This document shows, in pieces, positions 25,373 to 39,200 of a stretch of 64,000 nucleotides of DNA. Position 1 is the first letter of the stretch. Each line of letters opens with the position of its first letter. The position numbers and the translations under genes were made by a program. Below the pieces are notes generated by a model. It saw nothing but the letters and a program-made list of their open reading frames with translations, did no database searches and was not told the DNA's origin. The DNA is from Cycas panzhihuaensis (taxonomy: Eukaryota; Plantae; Cycadophyta). The DNA lies in NCBI GenBank assembly GCA_023213395.1, contig CM041465.1, positions 176,707,741 through 176,771,740 of the forward strand, read 5' to 3'.

Positions 25373-25693
25373 TGTTGGGAATAATCCCAATGTTTGTGCA
25401 CTAGCGCTTAGGGCCCCTCAAAGCCACCTTTGAGGCCCCTGGGCACCTTGAACTGCTCAGATTCCGCCGGACCGACCACTCACGTGAGGTACGTATCACC
25501 TTATTATTTTTTATATTTTTCAAACTAACCTTAATTGTTGTGCGGTAGGGTGATGGCGCGCCTCCCCGAATCTCTATTTAAGGGTTGGGAATACCTCCCT
25601 GGTGTTTATTAACACCGCCACTCTTTCAGAAATCGCCGTTGTACTCAAGATGAAAGTCTCGTGATGTCCTGCTCTGCTCCTCCGGCTCCATCA
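25373..25693 (+). repeat. E6 3' LTR (321 bp)
   Basis: Matches the 5' LTR; differs mainly by short deletions. Confidence 0.95.
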
Positions 25694-28220
25694 AATCTAT
25701 CACATATAAATCGACTTATTACTATTGACTTTAATATATTTTTGGGTCTATTGCTCTAAGAAGAATGTGTTCAACATTGAGTAATAAATCTAAGTGCTTC
25801 CTCTTCTTTACTATCATTTGTAGCTCATTAGAGGAAGACAATAATGTCCATAATTGACCCATCAGTTTGGTTCAATGAATATGAACTAGCAGCCAAACCA
25901 ATATCTATATCAACCATGTTAACCTCGACTACCATACAATCCTTAGGTTGTTTATCTCTATTATGGCAAACTTGGACATATAACACTTCATTGCAAAAAA
26001 AAGAGAGTTGACCTTTAACAATAATAATTTCAAAACTACCTTGCCATATAGGGTAATCAAAATCGTGGATGTGAAAATTATCAGGGACCATAAAGACAAA
26101 ATCAACCTAATTATTAGGGATCAAAGAGATAAAATCAAATTTCTCCTTAAGTCAACCAATAGAATAGGAATTACAACCATAGATACAATTAGAATGAAGG
26201 AGGCCATATGGTCGATTCTTAAAATATCTTCTTTGTTACTTTAATAACTCAACATTTTGATATATCCTAGTTAATTAATTTAGGTATCTCATGACATATG
26301 ACTAGTTTAGAAGAATTTCTCACTGGTATGAGATCAATTTTAGATCAATTTATTATTTTTAGAGATGATTTTATCTTAGAGATTACTAAGATTGTCAATG
26401 TTCCTATCTCATTAAAGAATTTAGATACTCCACAGCATCTCAATAATGTTTTCTATATACCTGGTACAACACATGACCTATTATCTATTAGCCAAATAAA
26501 TAAGTAAAACTTTTATGTTTTCCTTAGCCATCTTAGAAAAATCATAATTATATATCTAAATGGAAACGTAATTACCTTAGGATATGAAGATCAGGGACTA
26601 TACAAGCTTGATATTATAACTTGACCTTTGTTCTAGTCATATGAATTTAGTTCTTATAGTAATTTAGCTTCCACTTCTAATCCTTCTACTTTAACTTTAA
26701 ATTCAGATGATTAATTTACTTAAAAAGCATTTATTACTCAAAGAATCCCAAAAGATCAATTATGGTATCAATGCCTAGGTCACTTGAACATGAACAACCT
26801 CCATCTACTTTATAAACTAAATATGGTATATGGTATAATGAATATAAAGCAGACTAAATGTATTTGTGAGGCATGTGTTATGGGAAAATATTATCAAGCT
26901 CCACTTAGGTCAAATAAAAGAGTCTGGCATACCAAGGAACCTTTAGTCTTGGTACATTTAAATATCTATGGGCCCATATTATAAGCAACCTTTGGAAGCT
27001 ACCGTTATTTTATTACATTTATTAATGATTATTTCAAAAAAATGTGGGTCTATTTTCTAAAGTAGAAATTATAAGTCTTTGATAAGTTTAAAGAATTCAA
27101 GCATGGTACTAAACTTGAATCTAGAAATCCACTCACAATCCTTTATTATGATAATGAAGGTGAATATACATCAAATGAATTCATCCAATTTTTCAAGGAT
27201 AATGGTATCAAATGGCAGTTTTCTACCCCATACACACCTTAGTAAAATGGAGTTGTTGAGAGAATGAATTAGACCTTGGTCAATAAAGATAAATTCATTC
27301 TTGCCACCAAAATTTAGGAATTCAATTATGGGTTGAATCCCTTTATATAATCACTTATCTCCTAAATAGAATTTCAACCAAGATAGTACTAAATATTACT
27401 CCTAAGGAGACCTAGTCAAGTCAAAAGCCCATGGTCTCATATTTACATACTTTTGGTTGTATAGCATATATGCTTATATCAAAAGAACAAAGGAAGAGGT
27501 TAAATTATAAGAGCAATAAATGTATCTTTATTGGTTATCAACATGGTTGTAAAGCATATAAACTATATGATCTTGCCATTAAGCAAAGTATATAACTCAA
27601 GATGTCGTTTGTTCAAAAGAGAACCAGGATTCAGATATCATATAAATCTCATTCCTTAATGATCAATCTAAAAATACATATACTGCTCCTCCTACTCCAT
27701 AAAGTGTTCCTATAAAATAAATGTCTCCTACATCAACATATACTCCTTATAGATCATTTGGTCCACCTGCCTCTATATCTACATCTACTCCAATCAGTCC
27801 TTTAAAAGACATCTAAGACAAGGCTACTTCAAAGTGGTTACCTAAATAGTATATGTAGACAAACTCTTCTACTATTTTTCCACCACAATAAGAAAAGAGG
27901 CAATCAAAATATAGGTCATCTACTAACTTTGTATTAATAACAAAATTGTTTCTAATTCCTAAACCAACTACTTTTGAGAAAGCTATTATAGATCAAAAGT
28001 GGCAAGCATCTATGACTAAAGAAATAGATTCTATCCTACAAAATGATATATGGAAGTTAGTTGAGCTACCTGAAGGTGAGAAACTTATTGATTATAAATG
28101 TATATATAAAATAAAAGTTCTTGTAGATGGCTCCATTCAATGGCATAAAGAACATTTGGTCATCAAAGATTTCAAATTGTTAAAAGTGTTGACTATGACA
28201 ACATATTTACACCATCAACC

Positions 28221-31200
28221 TATTGAGTAAACCTAATTCTAAATAACCAAAACCAACCACTGGAATCAATTTATTTTACAACAAGTACAAGGATTTAAAA
28301 CTATAACAAATATAAATATATAAATAGAGATTATTCAACATACACAAGAAAGCATATACATTACTAAGAACACTAGATATGACATGGTAAAACCTTAGTA
28401 GAGTGCTAGGGAAACATCCACACATGAAAGGTATTAACTTTATTGATCAAGAATGAAAGATTTGTATATGCATTTGCCACAGAGTTCTCACAACTACAAT
28501 AACCAACAATCTACCCATGATATAATGCAATGCAATACTACCATAATGATATAACAACAATTAGAAAAAGTTAATTACCCAAATCAAGTTACAAAATTGC
28601 CATCATCAGATCTAGCACCTTTTTGATAAATGGCCTAGATTCTCTTTATAATTTAGTATATTTCAAACCATAGATTTTTCCTTCAGAGGCTATCACCCCT
28701 AAACCCCCACTTGCAAGGGGGGAATTCCACTCCCCCCTGCACCCCCCTTGGATCCCCCTAAGGAAAGATGAAGGGGGAAATCATGCTAGAAAAGCTCCAA
28801 AGTTTTAAGCCTCGTTAAACATTATTATCTATCTCCTCCTTGACAACAATTTTACCTGATACCTTCCTAAACCATTCATCACCTTTTTTGCAAGCCAAGA
28901 GAAACCAAATACCATTTGAAATTCTATAGTAGTACTAGTTTAGTAAATATGTCTGCATAATTCTACTGAGTATGGACCTTCTCAAGAGCAACTCCACCTA
29001 CTTCAACAACCTGTCTCATAAAATGATATTTGACTATAATGTGCTTTATCCTATTATGATAAGCTATATTTTTAGCTAAGTAAATATCACTTTGACTATT
29101 ACAAAATACCTTTACCTTATCCTATACCATTCCAAGCTTATCCAATAAACCCTACAACCAAATTGCCTCCTTACAAACATATGCTACAGTAATATATTCA
29201 ACTGCTATAGTAGATAAAGTAGCTATGCTTTGAAGTTTAGACATCCAACTAATTGGACCATTTGTAAGAGTAAATATATAACCTAAAGTTGACCTTTTTT
29301 AATCCAAGTCTTCTACAAAATTTGAATCCACATATCCACAAACTAAATTACATGTACCACTATAGGTCATATAATAGTTACTTGTGCCTCTTAAATACCC
29401 AAGCACTCAGTTCACTATCACCCAATGTTCTTTACCTAGATTTACTATATATCTGCTAACCATATTGATTGCATGCGAAATATTAGGTCTTGTATACACC
29501 ATGGCATATATCAAGCTTCTTACTACACTAGCATATGGTACACATGATATATATATTCCTTTTCTTCTTAAGAACTAGGACTCAAACTTAAAGAAAGCTT
29601 GAAATGGGAAGTAAATGGGATACTAACAGGTTTCATATTTGTCATACCAAATCTAGTTAGTGTCTTCTCCATATATTTTTATTGTGATAACCAAAGCTTA
29701 CCATTCTTCTTGTCTCTATTTATCTTCATGCCTAAGATTAGTTTTACTACTCCTAGATCCTTCATATCAAATGTCCTAGCCATTTGAGCCTTTAACCTAT
29801 TGATTTCTACCATACTTTTGCTTACCACAAGTATGTCAGCAACATATAACACTAAAATAATGAATAGGCCACTGTCTAAGGTTTTAAAATAAACACAATA
29901 ATCATACTCACTTCGTTTGAAATTTTGGCTCTCCATGAAGGAATTAAACTTCTTATATCATTGCCTAGGTGATTGCTTTAGGCTATACAAAGATTTCTTG
30001 AGCCTATAAATAAGTATATTCTTGTCATTCTGTACAAAGCCTTATGGCTCTTCCATATATATTTTCTCCTCCAAATCTCCATATAGAAATGTTATTTTAA
30101 CATCTAATTGCTCTAACTCTAAATCAAATTAAGCCACTAATGCTAATAGAACCAGGATAGAAACATGATTAACAATTAATAAAAAGATTCCATTGCTTCC
30201 TGAAAGTATGTAGATTCACCATCATTAGAAATCAAAGTAATAGAACTAGTTGGGCTATACCTTTAAGGAGGATGCATGACCCATATATACCTTCTTCTAA
30301 ATAGATAAAGAATGTCCTTATATTCTTGTATTTCTTTTACGATTCATCTTCAGAAAACTCTTCTTCCTTCTTTGCTTCTAAAGATGGCTGGGTTTCAAAC
30401 TTAACCTATTAATGTTCAGTTTTCTATTCTTATTTCATCTCAACTTCTACAATGTCTGATTTGAGAAAAGGAGATTCATCAAACACTACATCTTTGTTGA
30501 TGATGAGTTTATGGGCAGTAGGATCTTGCAACCTATATCCCTTAATTCCATCCTTATCACCATACCCAACAAAGATATACCTTCTAGGTTTTGGATCTAA
30601 TTTTATACACTAACTTTTATCAGTCAAAGCATAAACATTACAACCAAATATTTTTAAATTAAAATAATCACATGGATATTTGGCCCATACCTCTTTAGGA
30701 ATTTTATATTCTATTGTAAGTGATGATGATTTATTTACTAGATAGCAAGTTGTTTGAACTACTTCTATATATAAGCCCTGCTCCATGTCTTATTACTCAA
30801 CATACTCCTCTCTTTTTCTAAAAGTGTTCTATTCATACACTCTACAATGTCATTCTATTATGGAGTATAACTTGTGGTCTTATATCTTTCAATCCTTGAT
30901 TCCCTACAATAGTTTTCAAACTTCAAACAATTGAACTCACCTCCATTGTCTATTCGTAAGTATTTGATTGACCTGCCTACACTCTTTTTAACCAGAGCTT
31001 TAAACTACTTAAACATACTGAATACATCAGACTTCCTCTTCAAAAAATAGACCCACACCTTCCTGGAGAAGTCATCTATGAATGTTACAAAATACAATGC
31101 CCCTCTATAAGATATCGTAGGGGCTGGTCCCCATAGATCTAAATGGACATAATCTAGAATACCTTTACTTGTGTGACTCCTTATATTAAATCTAAGTCTA

Positions 31201-33287
31201 CATTGCTTTCTAAAGATATAATATTTATAAAATATCAAATCTAAAAACTTTAAGTTATGAAGTAACTTATGGTTCATCATTACTTTCAATCCTTTCTTAC
31301 TCATGTGCTCCAACCTTTAATGCCATAGCCAAGTAAGATCTTCTACTATTTTTAACACTACAACTGCTTAATTGATTTATGTACTTCCAATCAAAGTGTA
31401 AAGGTTTCCTTTCTTCAAAGTCTTCATGATAACTAAGTCACCCTTTGACACCTTTAAAACTCCTTCATGACCTGTATACTTATGACCATTATAATCTAAT
31501 TCACCTAGAGAAATTAGGTTTCTTTTAAGCTCAGGTATATATCTAACTTCTATCAATGTTCTTACTACATCATCGAATATCTTGATTTTGATGCTATCAA
31601 CCCCAATGGTTTTATAGGAAACATCATTTCCCATAAGAACATCACCTCCAATAAGAGACTGGTATGAAGAAAACCAACTCTTGTGTGGACACATGGTGAG
31701 AAGCACCTGAATCTAACAAATAATCATGATGATAATGAGAAATATTACATGCAACCAAGACATCATTATCTATACCTTGACTTGATTCTGCCTAATTTTC
31801 CTCCTTTGTAGGGTCTTCCTTCTTCTAGAACTCATTCATCTTCTAGTAATCCTTCTTGAGATGACCTGTCTTATCACAATGCCAATATCTCAACTTATCC
31901 TTCTTGTTTTTTGAATTCAATCTTAATGTATCTCTAGAACTTTATCCTCTCTCCATATATCTACCCCTTATTGTAATGGCTTCTGGTATGGAGGTTTCTA
32001 AATTAGATCTCCTCCTCACCTCTTCCATTAGTAAGGCACTCATAATAGAATCATAGTCTAGCTTATTAATAGTACTGAAATTGATGGAGGTGATAATATT
32101 ATCCTATGACTTAGGTAATGAACATAACAAGGTTACTATCTTATTTTCATCCTCTATCATTATACCAATTCTAGATAATTAATATATAAGAGTATTAAAA
32201 ACATTTAAATAATTAAGAATTTCAGCACCTTCCTTCATACATAGTGAGTACAATTACCTCTTTTGATTGGTCATGAACTTTATCATATACAAGATTTCTA
32301 ACTTTATCCATAATCTAGTTGTTGTTTTCTCCTCTACTATATTAAATAGAACTTCATCTGTCAAGTACAAATGTATTGTGCTAAGATCTCTTTTATCCAT
32401 ATCCACTTATTCTTCATCATCCATTCCCACAAGTTTCTTTAACTTACCTTTCAAGGTTTTGTACAATCCCTGCTATACTAGAATGTCATATGCTTTAAGC
32501 TTCCATAACTCAAAGTTGTTTTTCCCATTGAACTTCTCCAGCTCAAACTTTGAATTCATTACTTTTGCTATTTAATGCAAAATAAACCAACACCAAACCC
32601 TTCACACATTTGCTACAAAATATATGTGGCTCTAATACCACTTGTTGAGCAAACCTAGTTCTAAATAACCAAAACTAACCACCAGAATCTATCTATTTTG
32701 CACTAAGCTTAAGTATTTAAAACTATAATAAATGTAAGTATATAACCATAGATCATTCAACATGCATAAGAAAGCATATACATTACCAAGAACACCAGAT
32801 ATAATGTGGTAAAACCCTAGCAGAGTGCTAGGAAAACATCCACATAGGAAATGTATCAAGTTTATTGATCAAGAATGAAAGATTTGTACATGCACTCTCC
32901 ATGGTGTTCTTATAGCTATAACAACCAAAAATTCACCCGCGATATAATGCAATGTGATACTACCATTGTGATATAATAACAATTAGAAAAATCCAATTGC
33001 CTAAATTGGGTTATAAAATCACCACCATCAGATCTAGTATCTTTTTAATAAATGGCCTAGATTCTCTTTACAATTTAATATGTTTTGAATTATAGCTTTT
33101 TTCATTGGGAGTTATCGCACCTAAACCCCCACTTGCAGGGGGGTATTCCACATCCCCCTATACCTCCCTCAGCCAAGGAGGTTTACTACCTCCCTTGGAT
33201 CCCCTTGAGGGAATATGAAGGAGGAAATTGTGCTAAAAAAGCTCCAAAATATTAAGCCTCCTTAAATATTATTGTCACATACCAATA
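28221..33287 (-). mobile_element. E7: Ty1/Copia (Tnt1/Tork-like, related to E1) inserted in the RT of E5
   Basis: LTRs 28221-~28830 / 32643-33287. TSD CAACC at 28216-28220 / 33288-33292. PBS GCTCTAATACCA at 32629-32640; PPT ~28831-28841. About 230 bp of RT N-terminus is missing at ~30190 relative to E1. Confidence 0.93.
28878..32571 (-). pseudogene. E7 gag-pol remnant
   Basis: ORFs 31377-31706, 31005-31313 and 29679-29936 are colinear with E1; start codon decayed ATG>ATA. Confidence 0.9.
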
Positions 33288-34529
33288 CAACCAACATGAT
33301 ATATAGGAGGAAATGTATAAAGCCTCCTTCTTAAATGGTGATTTATAGGAGGAAATGTATTTAAATCAACCTCCAAGATTTATTATTCAAGGAAAAGAAC
33401 ACCTAGTCTATAAACTTAAAAAGGCTTTGTATGGCCTTGAATAATCACCTTAAGCCTAGTACATAAAAATTGATGAATATTTTTAAAAGCATGGACTCAT
33501 TCTCTTATCTTTAAATCTAAATTTATATGTTAGGATTTATAATGGTTTGATTTCTCTAGTTGTACTTTATGTTAATGACTTGTTGATAACTGGTAAAGAT
33601 ATAAAGTAGATTACATATTTCTAAGGAAAATTAAACAGTAGCTTTGAGATGACTAACCTCAATTACTTCACTAGTTTCTTCACATGGAAGTCTAGTAGGA
33701 GCCAGGCCATATCTTCCTCTTATAATCTAAATATGTGAAGGAGATTCTTCAAAACTTTAAGATAGAAAAGTATAAATCATCACTAACTCCTATGGAGATA
33801 GGACTAAAATTAGATATTGATGAGTATGAAAAATCTGTGGATCCTACTTTGTATAGGCAACTTGTGGGAAAATTAATTTACCTCACTCATACTTGACCTG
33901 ACATCGTATATGCTATTGGGATCTATTTAAGGTTTATGAAACAACCTAAGACTTCATATTAGAAAGTAGTAATAAATATCATGAAATATCTTCAAGGTAC
34001 TCCCCAGTTTAGACTAGATTACTATCATGTGGATAATCCTTTATTGATAGGTTATATAGATGTATATTGAGCTAGACATAAAGATAGTTGTAGATCAATC
34101 TTAAGCTACTATTTTAACCTAGATTTTGCTTTAGTTTCATGGTATTACAAAAAATAACCTAATACCATTTTATCTTTAATTGAAGCTAAGTATAAATCCA
34201 TTATTAGTGTATTTACAAAGGCTATCTAGCTTAGAAGGATTCTTGGAGAGCTTAGAATCAATTAAACACAAGCTATATTACTATTCTATGATAATTAGAG
34301 TATACTTAAATTAACTAAGAATCTTATGTTCTATGCTAAGACAAAACACATAGAGGTACACCATCACTTCATTAGGGAGCATCTACAAGATGGTGAGATA
34401 GATTTAATCTATAAGCCTACTAATGATCAGATAGCAGATATCTTCATAAAGTCACTCTTTTGTGATAAATTTAAAAGGTTTTGGCTTGGCCTCAGTGTCA
34501 AAATTAATAAACTCATCATTAAGGGAGGG

Positions 34530-34979
34530 TGATAGAATAATTAATGATTCAATTCATTAGTTTATTGATGAACAATTGTATTATACATTTGTAATGTTTT
34601 GTAAATATTTTATATTGAAGTGTTATTATCATAAATGGGTTAATTCACAACTTAATGTTATGAACCTAAGTGTATAGGGGTACTTTTTCTCTTAATATTA
34701 AAATATTATAAATGTGATTTAATTATGCAAGTTGGAAACTATCACCTTGTATGATCTTACATTTATTATTCATCAAGTTTATTATAATTGTCTCTGATAT
34801 TATATATGTAAGGTTTTTTTGTATGTAACATATGTTTATATGAGATTAATGCAATTGTGATTACTTTGGAGCTTATGAATAATTTATTACATCCTTTAGT
34901 AAAATATTTTTATTAAATGTTGTTCATATGAGTGAGATTAGAAGTTGGGTCTAAACCAGGACCATTCCTCCTTCCTTCA
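34530..34979 (+). repeat. E5 3' LTR
   Basis: TGATAG...CCTTCA; follows the PPT. Confidence 0.92.
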
Positions 34980-35102
34980 ATAATTAACTCCTATATTGGC
35001 TCTACCACTAGCATGTTGGTTTGTCAAATTGGCTTATATAGGCTTTCTTCTTACTTGTATAAGATTTTTCATAGTATGGATAATAAACTGACTCTAATGA
35101 CA

Positions 35103-35635
35103 CAATAGAATTTACGATTTGAGTATAATATCATTTTTTTGTGTAATGAGTATACATAGTAGAAATATAATAAGCATATATAATGAATGAATTATCTTCA
35201 TGAGGAATGCATATATATAAGAAATAAACATGAGTATAAAGTAAATAATAGATTAAACATATAATAAGCATTCATAAAGTATTCACCATATGAGAGACAA
35301 TAGAATTATATATGAAAAACCCAACATGGGAAGAACCACATGAGAAGGTAAAGTTTAGAGCTCCTCTTAAGATATAAAAATGAATATATCTCTAGGTCTT
35401 AGATATTTCTTAATCTTTTCTTAAGTTATCAAGTGGTGTATGTATATATTTATATTAATAGTCACCTCATGAGTGCCTTATTATTTCTCTTGAGCCTTTA
35501 TATCATCCAATAGTATATTAATAGAGATAAGTTTGTATTTCACATCTCTCAATATATCTAGTTAGTAAGATTTTGAGTGGGTCCATCACATTAATATTAA
35601 ACATTATATATGTGAATATATCACATATCCTAATA
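35103..35635 (-). repeat. E4 5' LTR
   Basis: Colinear with 10904-11378; adjacent to a degenerate PBS. Confidence 0.85.
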
Positions 35636-36249
35636 GCTTTTATAGGGTAAAAGTGGTAAGTAAACATTGATTTCATTACATATGTTTAATGAGAAGGGAT
35701 TATGCTAGAGTTTTACTAATATATTATGTTCAAAGACTAAGGAACCTTATTTTTATTATGATGGCAAGTTATAACTAAGCCTCTGACATCTAAGGGACCT
35801 TCCAATACCACCAAAGAGGCCTTTGAAGCTAGGAAAGCCACTAAAATAAACTTCACCTAAGGGAATAGCAAAATCAAATAGACAAAGGGATTTAAGATGG
35901 TCTAAAGAGGCAAAATTAAGAAGGTCTAAGAGTTTGAGCTTCAATAAGAATAATGAGACTAAGAGACAGTCTATTGAAGGGTCTAAGGCAGTTGGCACCT
36001 AGAAACCATAAGAACAAGAATTAAATAATATGGAGATCAAATCATAATAACACCTACCCCAATTAAATTCAATATATTTAGCCTAAAAAAAGAAGAAAAA
36101 GATATTCTAAAAGAAAAAAAAATGGAATAAAAGAATACTTCAAGAAAAGAAGATAAAACCCTAGGGAAGAAGGAAGAAATAAATGTGGATTCTTCTCCAA
36201 AGGACCTGAGTGACCACAAGGAAAAGGTAGAAGAAGTCCACCAATATAT

Positions 36250-39200
36250 TAGGAGAAATATTTGATAAGACAATTATTTGAGGATTCATTAAACAAAGGG
36301 CCTGAGAAATCATTTTTTATAGCAACACCATTAACAATGTAGATATCAAGAGTGCTATAACTTATCTATTTAAAGATACCTTTTAAGAATACCTTGTTTA
36401 AAAGGAAATGTATTGGGAGAAATATGCCACCAAATCCCAATATAATGGGAGAGGGAGAGATACCTCTAAAATAAGAGACTATGCCACTTAAATGGATGAC
36501 TCAAGGGAATTTGGAAATTTGATTTTTAATGATATATTATATGCTTTTGAATATGTCTAACTTTTTTAGAATTTAATAGATGTGAAGAAAATTATAAATG
36601 AACAAGGAATTAAGGAAAGATTTACATGTACAGTAAGGGGAGTACCATTAGAATGGTAGAAGGAGTTAGATAAAATAAAAACATGGGAGAATGTAAATAA
36701 ACAGATTGAAGAAAGATTATAGAAATTTTACAGCAACAAAGTTATTGATATTACATTAAATTAAATCAAGAAAAAAACTAATGAATCAGTACTAACTTAT
36801 ATAAGTGATATAAAGATGATAGCAAATTCATAGACCATAACATAAAAATCTATTTTGTAAGAGGTCTAAATGAGAAATTGAGGTCTATGATGTATATACA
36901 TCCCTTAAAATCCTTTAAGAATGCTTAGGAGTTGGCCCTAAACTTTGAGGCATAAATGGATGCCCAAATAGTAGGGTATGATCCATTATTGCTTAGATTG
37001 TAAGAAGAGTTATAGGAAATAAAATAGAATCAATACAATTAGCCAATCTTTCAGACTAAGAAAACAAAGGAGGAATTTAAGGGAAAAACCCTAAGAAAAT
37101 AAATATCAAGATTAATGATGAAAAATAAAAAAGAAGAAGAGGAAGATGAAAGTAAAAGGAAAATAATAAAGGAGTTTTAGGTTGACCAATGGTGTCATAT
37201 CTATAAGAAGGATTTACACTCCACAAAAGAATGAGAACTAAATCCTTAAAATAGTGAAACAAGAAAATATGATAAATGGTATCACATTTGTGATGTAGAT
37301 AACCACAACATAAAGGATTATTATTTTAATAATAGAGGATGAATTTATAGAGGTTGAGATAGAGGCAAATACACTAACTTAGTTAGGCACGTGTATGCAT
37401 TAGAGATGCACTAGAATCATTAAAAGAAACCCATCGATATGGATATACTTAGTATGCCTTGAGTTTAAGCATTAGAAGTCTGATTACCCAATAACTAGAG
37501 CCCACGAGTAATGTATATTCATTTACAAAGATTGCAAACTAGGAGATCACAAAACTAAGGAGTGTAAGGGAAAAGAAAAGATCACCAATCTAATAACCAT
37601 AATCCCTAAACCTAGTAAAAATATAAATTACAAACTAGAAGAAAATAAAAAGGAAAAGAAAAGGTGATGAATGACTATCCTAATCCTAAAATAAAGATAG
37701 ATCATTTTGAAGATGTTGAAAGAACATTAGAAGAAGTAGTAAGAAAGGAAACTAAGAATTCATTACCTATGGGTAAATTGGTAACCAAATACATATATAT
37801 AAGGAAGAATAAATCCAAAGAGTAAGAGTCCATTATTCATGAAACATGACCTCAATCATAATTGGTTTAGGAAAAAGAATTATTCAAGGGACTACTTATA
37901 AAGGAAATGCCCTTAATGTTATTATTAATTGAGAATTTAATGAAGCAATTATAGTTAGCCATTCCATTGGACAAGTTATTGAAATGATAAAGATGGATGT
38001 ATTACAACATAAGGAATCTATCGAAAGTTTAAAGAGACTAATACCCTCATTTGACCTTAATCCTATAGTTACCATCATAGTTTTGTGTGAAATATTTCAT
38101 AATGAAATTGTTGAAGGAGGTGTAACGGTGAATGTATTACCCATGACAATGTGGAAAAATTAGAGAGCCCAAAATTAAAAGCTACAACATATTCTTTAAA
38201 ATTAACAAATGAATTTTTGATCAAACTAATGGGAAAATTATCAAATGTTAAAGTAGATGTAGCAAGTATTACAATGTAAATTAACTTTACTATCATTGAA
38301 ATAATAAAATAAATGGCACCTTATTAATAATTATTAGGTTGTCCATGGTTATACAAAATGGAGTGCCACCAAAGCTAGAAATATATGACCTTTATATTAT
38401 TAGATGGAGGAAATGAAGTGGTCCTTCTTATAGTAGGAGAGGAAAAATATCCACTTAGGATGGTTCCAAATAATACCTCAAATATGATAATTTCCAATGA
38501 TGAAACACCATCAATATTTGAAGAAACTAACTTATATCATACAATGGAGGAATCAACAAAATTGATTAATTCATATAAATAGAAACCTAATTATTTTGGG
38601 AAATTACATATGGATAATTCCTCATATGAAGAGAAAATAAAGATATTTGTAGATTACTAGATGCAAGAATCATATGAAGTCAACCCTCTTTTTTTATACC
38701 ACTTACTTTCTAGATGCACTTCTAATGATATAGATAATAAAATTAATAATTTTGAGCATTTTAATACATTCATTATAGTGATAAGGTAGTAAATAGAGCT
38801 AGTTTTAGTTAGTTTAAGAATGATTAAGTCAGAACCGTAGCCCCCAAACCCTAATCCCTTATCTTCTTCTAATCCTAACCCTAACCTTCCCTCTATTTTA
38901 AATGTGGGCTTTGAAGTATACATTTCCTTCCTAACCCAAGCCTATCCCAAGGGAGAGTGCAGTAACTCTTCCTCATCCTCTCTATAAGTACACCCACCTA
39001 GTGATAGACCTTTATCCTTAGAAAATCATACATCCAAAAGTAGCAAGTCAATAACAAAGGAGGATAGGTCTACTGAGAGTACTCCAAGAGACTCTAGTCT
39101 AGGAGACAAAATAATTTCCCCTAAAAGTAAGAGATTTGATCTATTTATAAGAGACTTTGTATCTCTATTCTTTGGAAAATAGTTGTATGGCACAATACAT

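Larger units (their letters stand above)
17441..25693 (+). mobile_element. E6: young, full-length Ty1/Copia element (Ivana-like gag) with 3.4-kb leader
   Basis: LTRs 17441-17774 / 25373-25693 with TG..CA ends. Perfect TSD AATCT at 17436-17440 / 25694-25698. PBS 17777-17789; PPT GGGGAGAA 25365-25372. All gag-PR-INT-RT-RH domains present; CpG retained. Confidence 0.97.
16911..34532 (+). pseudogene. E5 gag-pol remnant in three pieces (16911-17440, 25699-28220, 33293-34532)
   Basis: Gag NTIKL..NFLAWKK; GAG-pre-integrase CEACVMGK; RT IWKLVELPEGEK; RNase H C-terminus. Reading continues across the E6 and E7 insertion sites. Confidence 0.88.
14588..34979 (+). mobile_element. E5: Ty1/Copia element with 1.8-kb leader, degenerate; host of E6 and E7
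   Basis: LTRs 14588-15065 / 34530-34979. TSD ATAAC/ATAAT. PBS TGGTATCAGAG at 15068-15078. PPT AAGGGAGGG at 34521-34529. Gag ATG at 16911; pol ends at 34532 (TKHIEVHHHFIRE). Confidence 0.93.
10904..35635 (-). mobile_element. E4: non-autonomous Copia-derived element carrying a captured Argonaute fragment; host of E5
   Basis: LTR pair 10904-11378 / 35103-35635. TSD ACTTT (10899-10903) / GCTTT (35636-35640). Degenerate Met-PBS at 35091-35102. Minus-strand gag N-terminal remnant near 14490-14585 (MMPFDKLE...MTMILG*EEVD) and pre-knuckle remnant near 12820-12920 (KKDMNKVEF). No pol seen. Confidence 0.85.
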
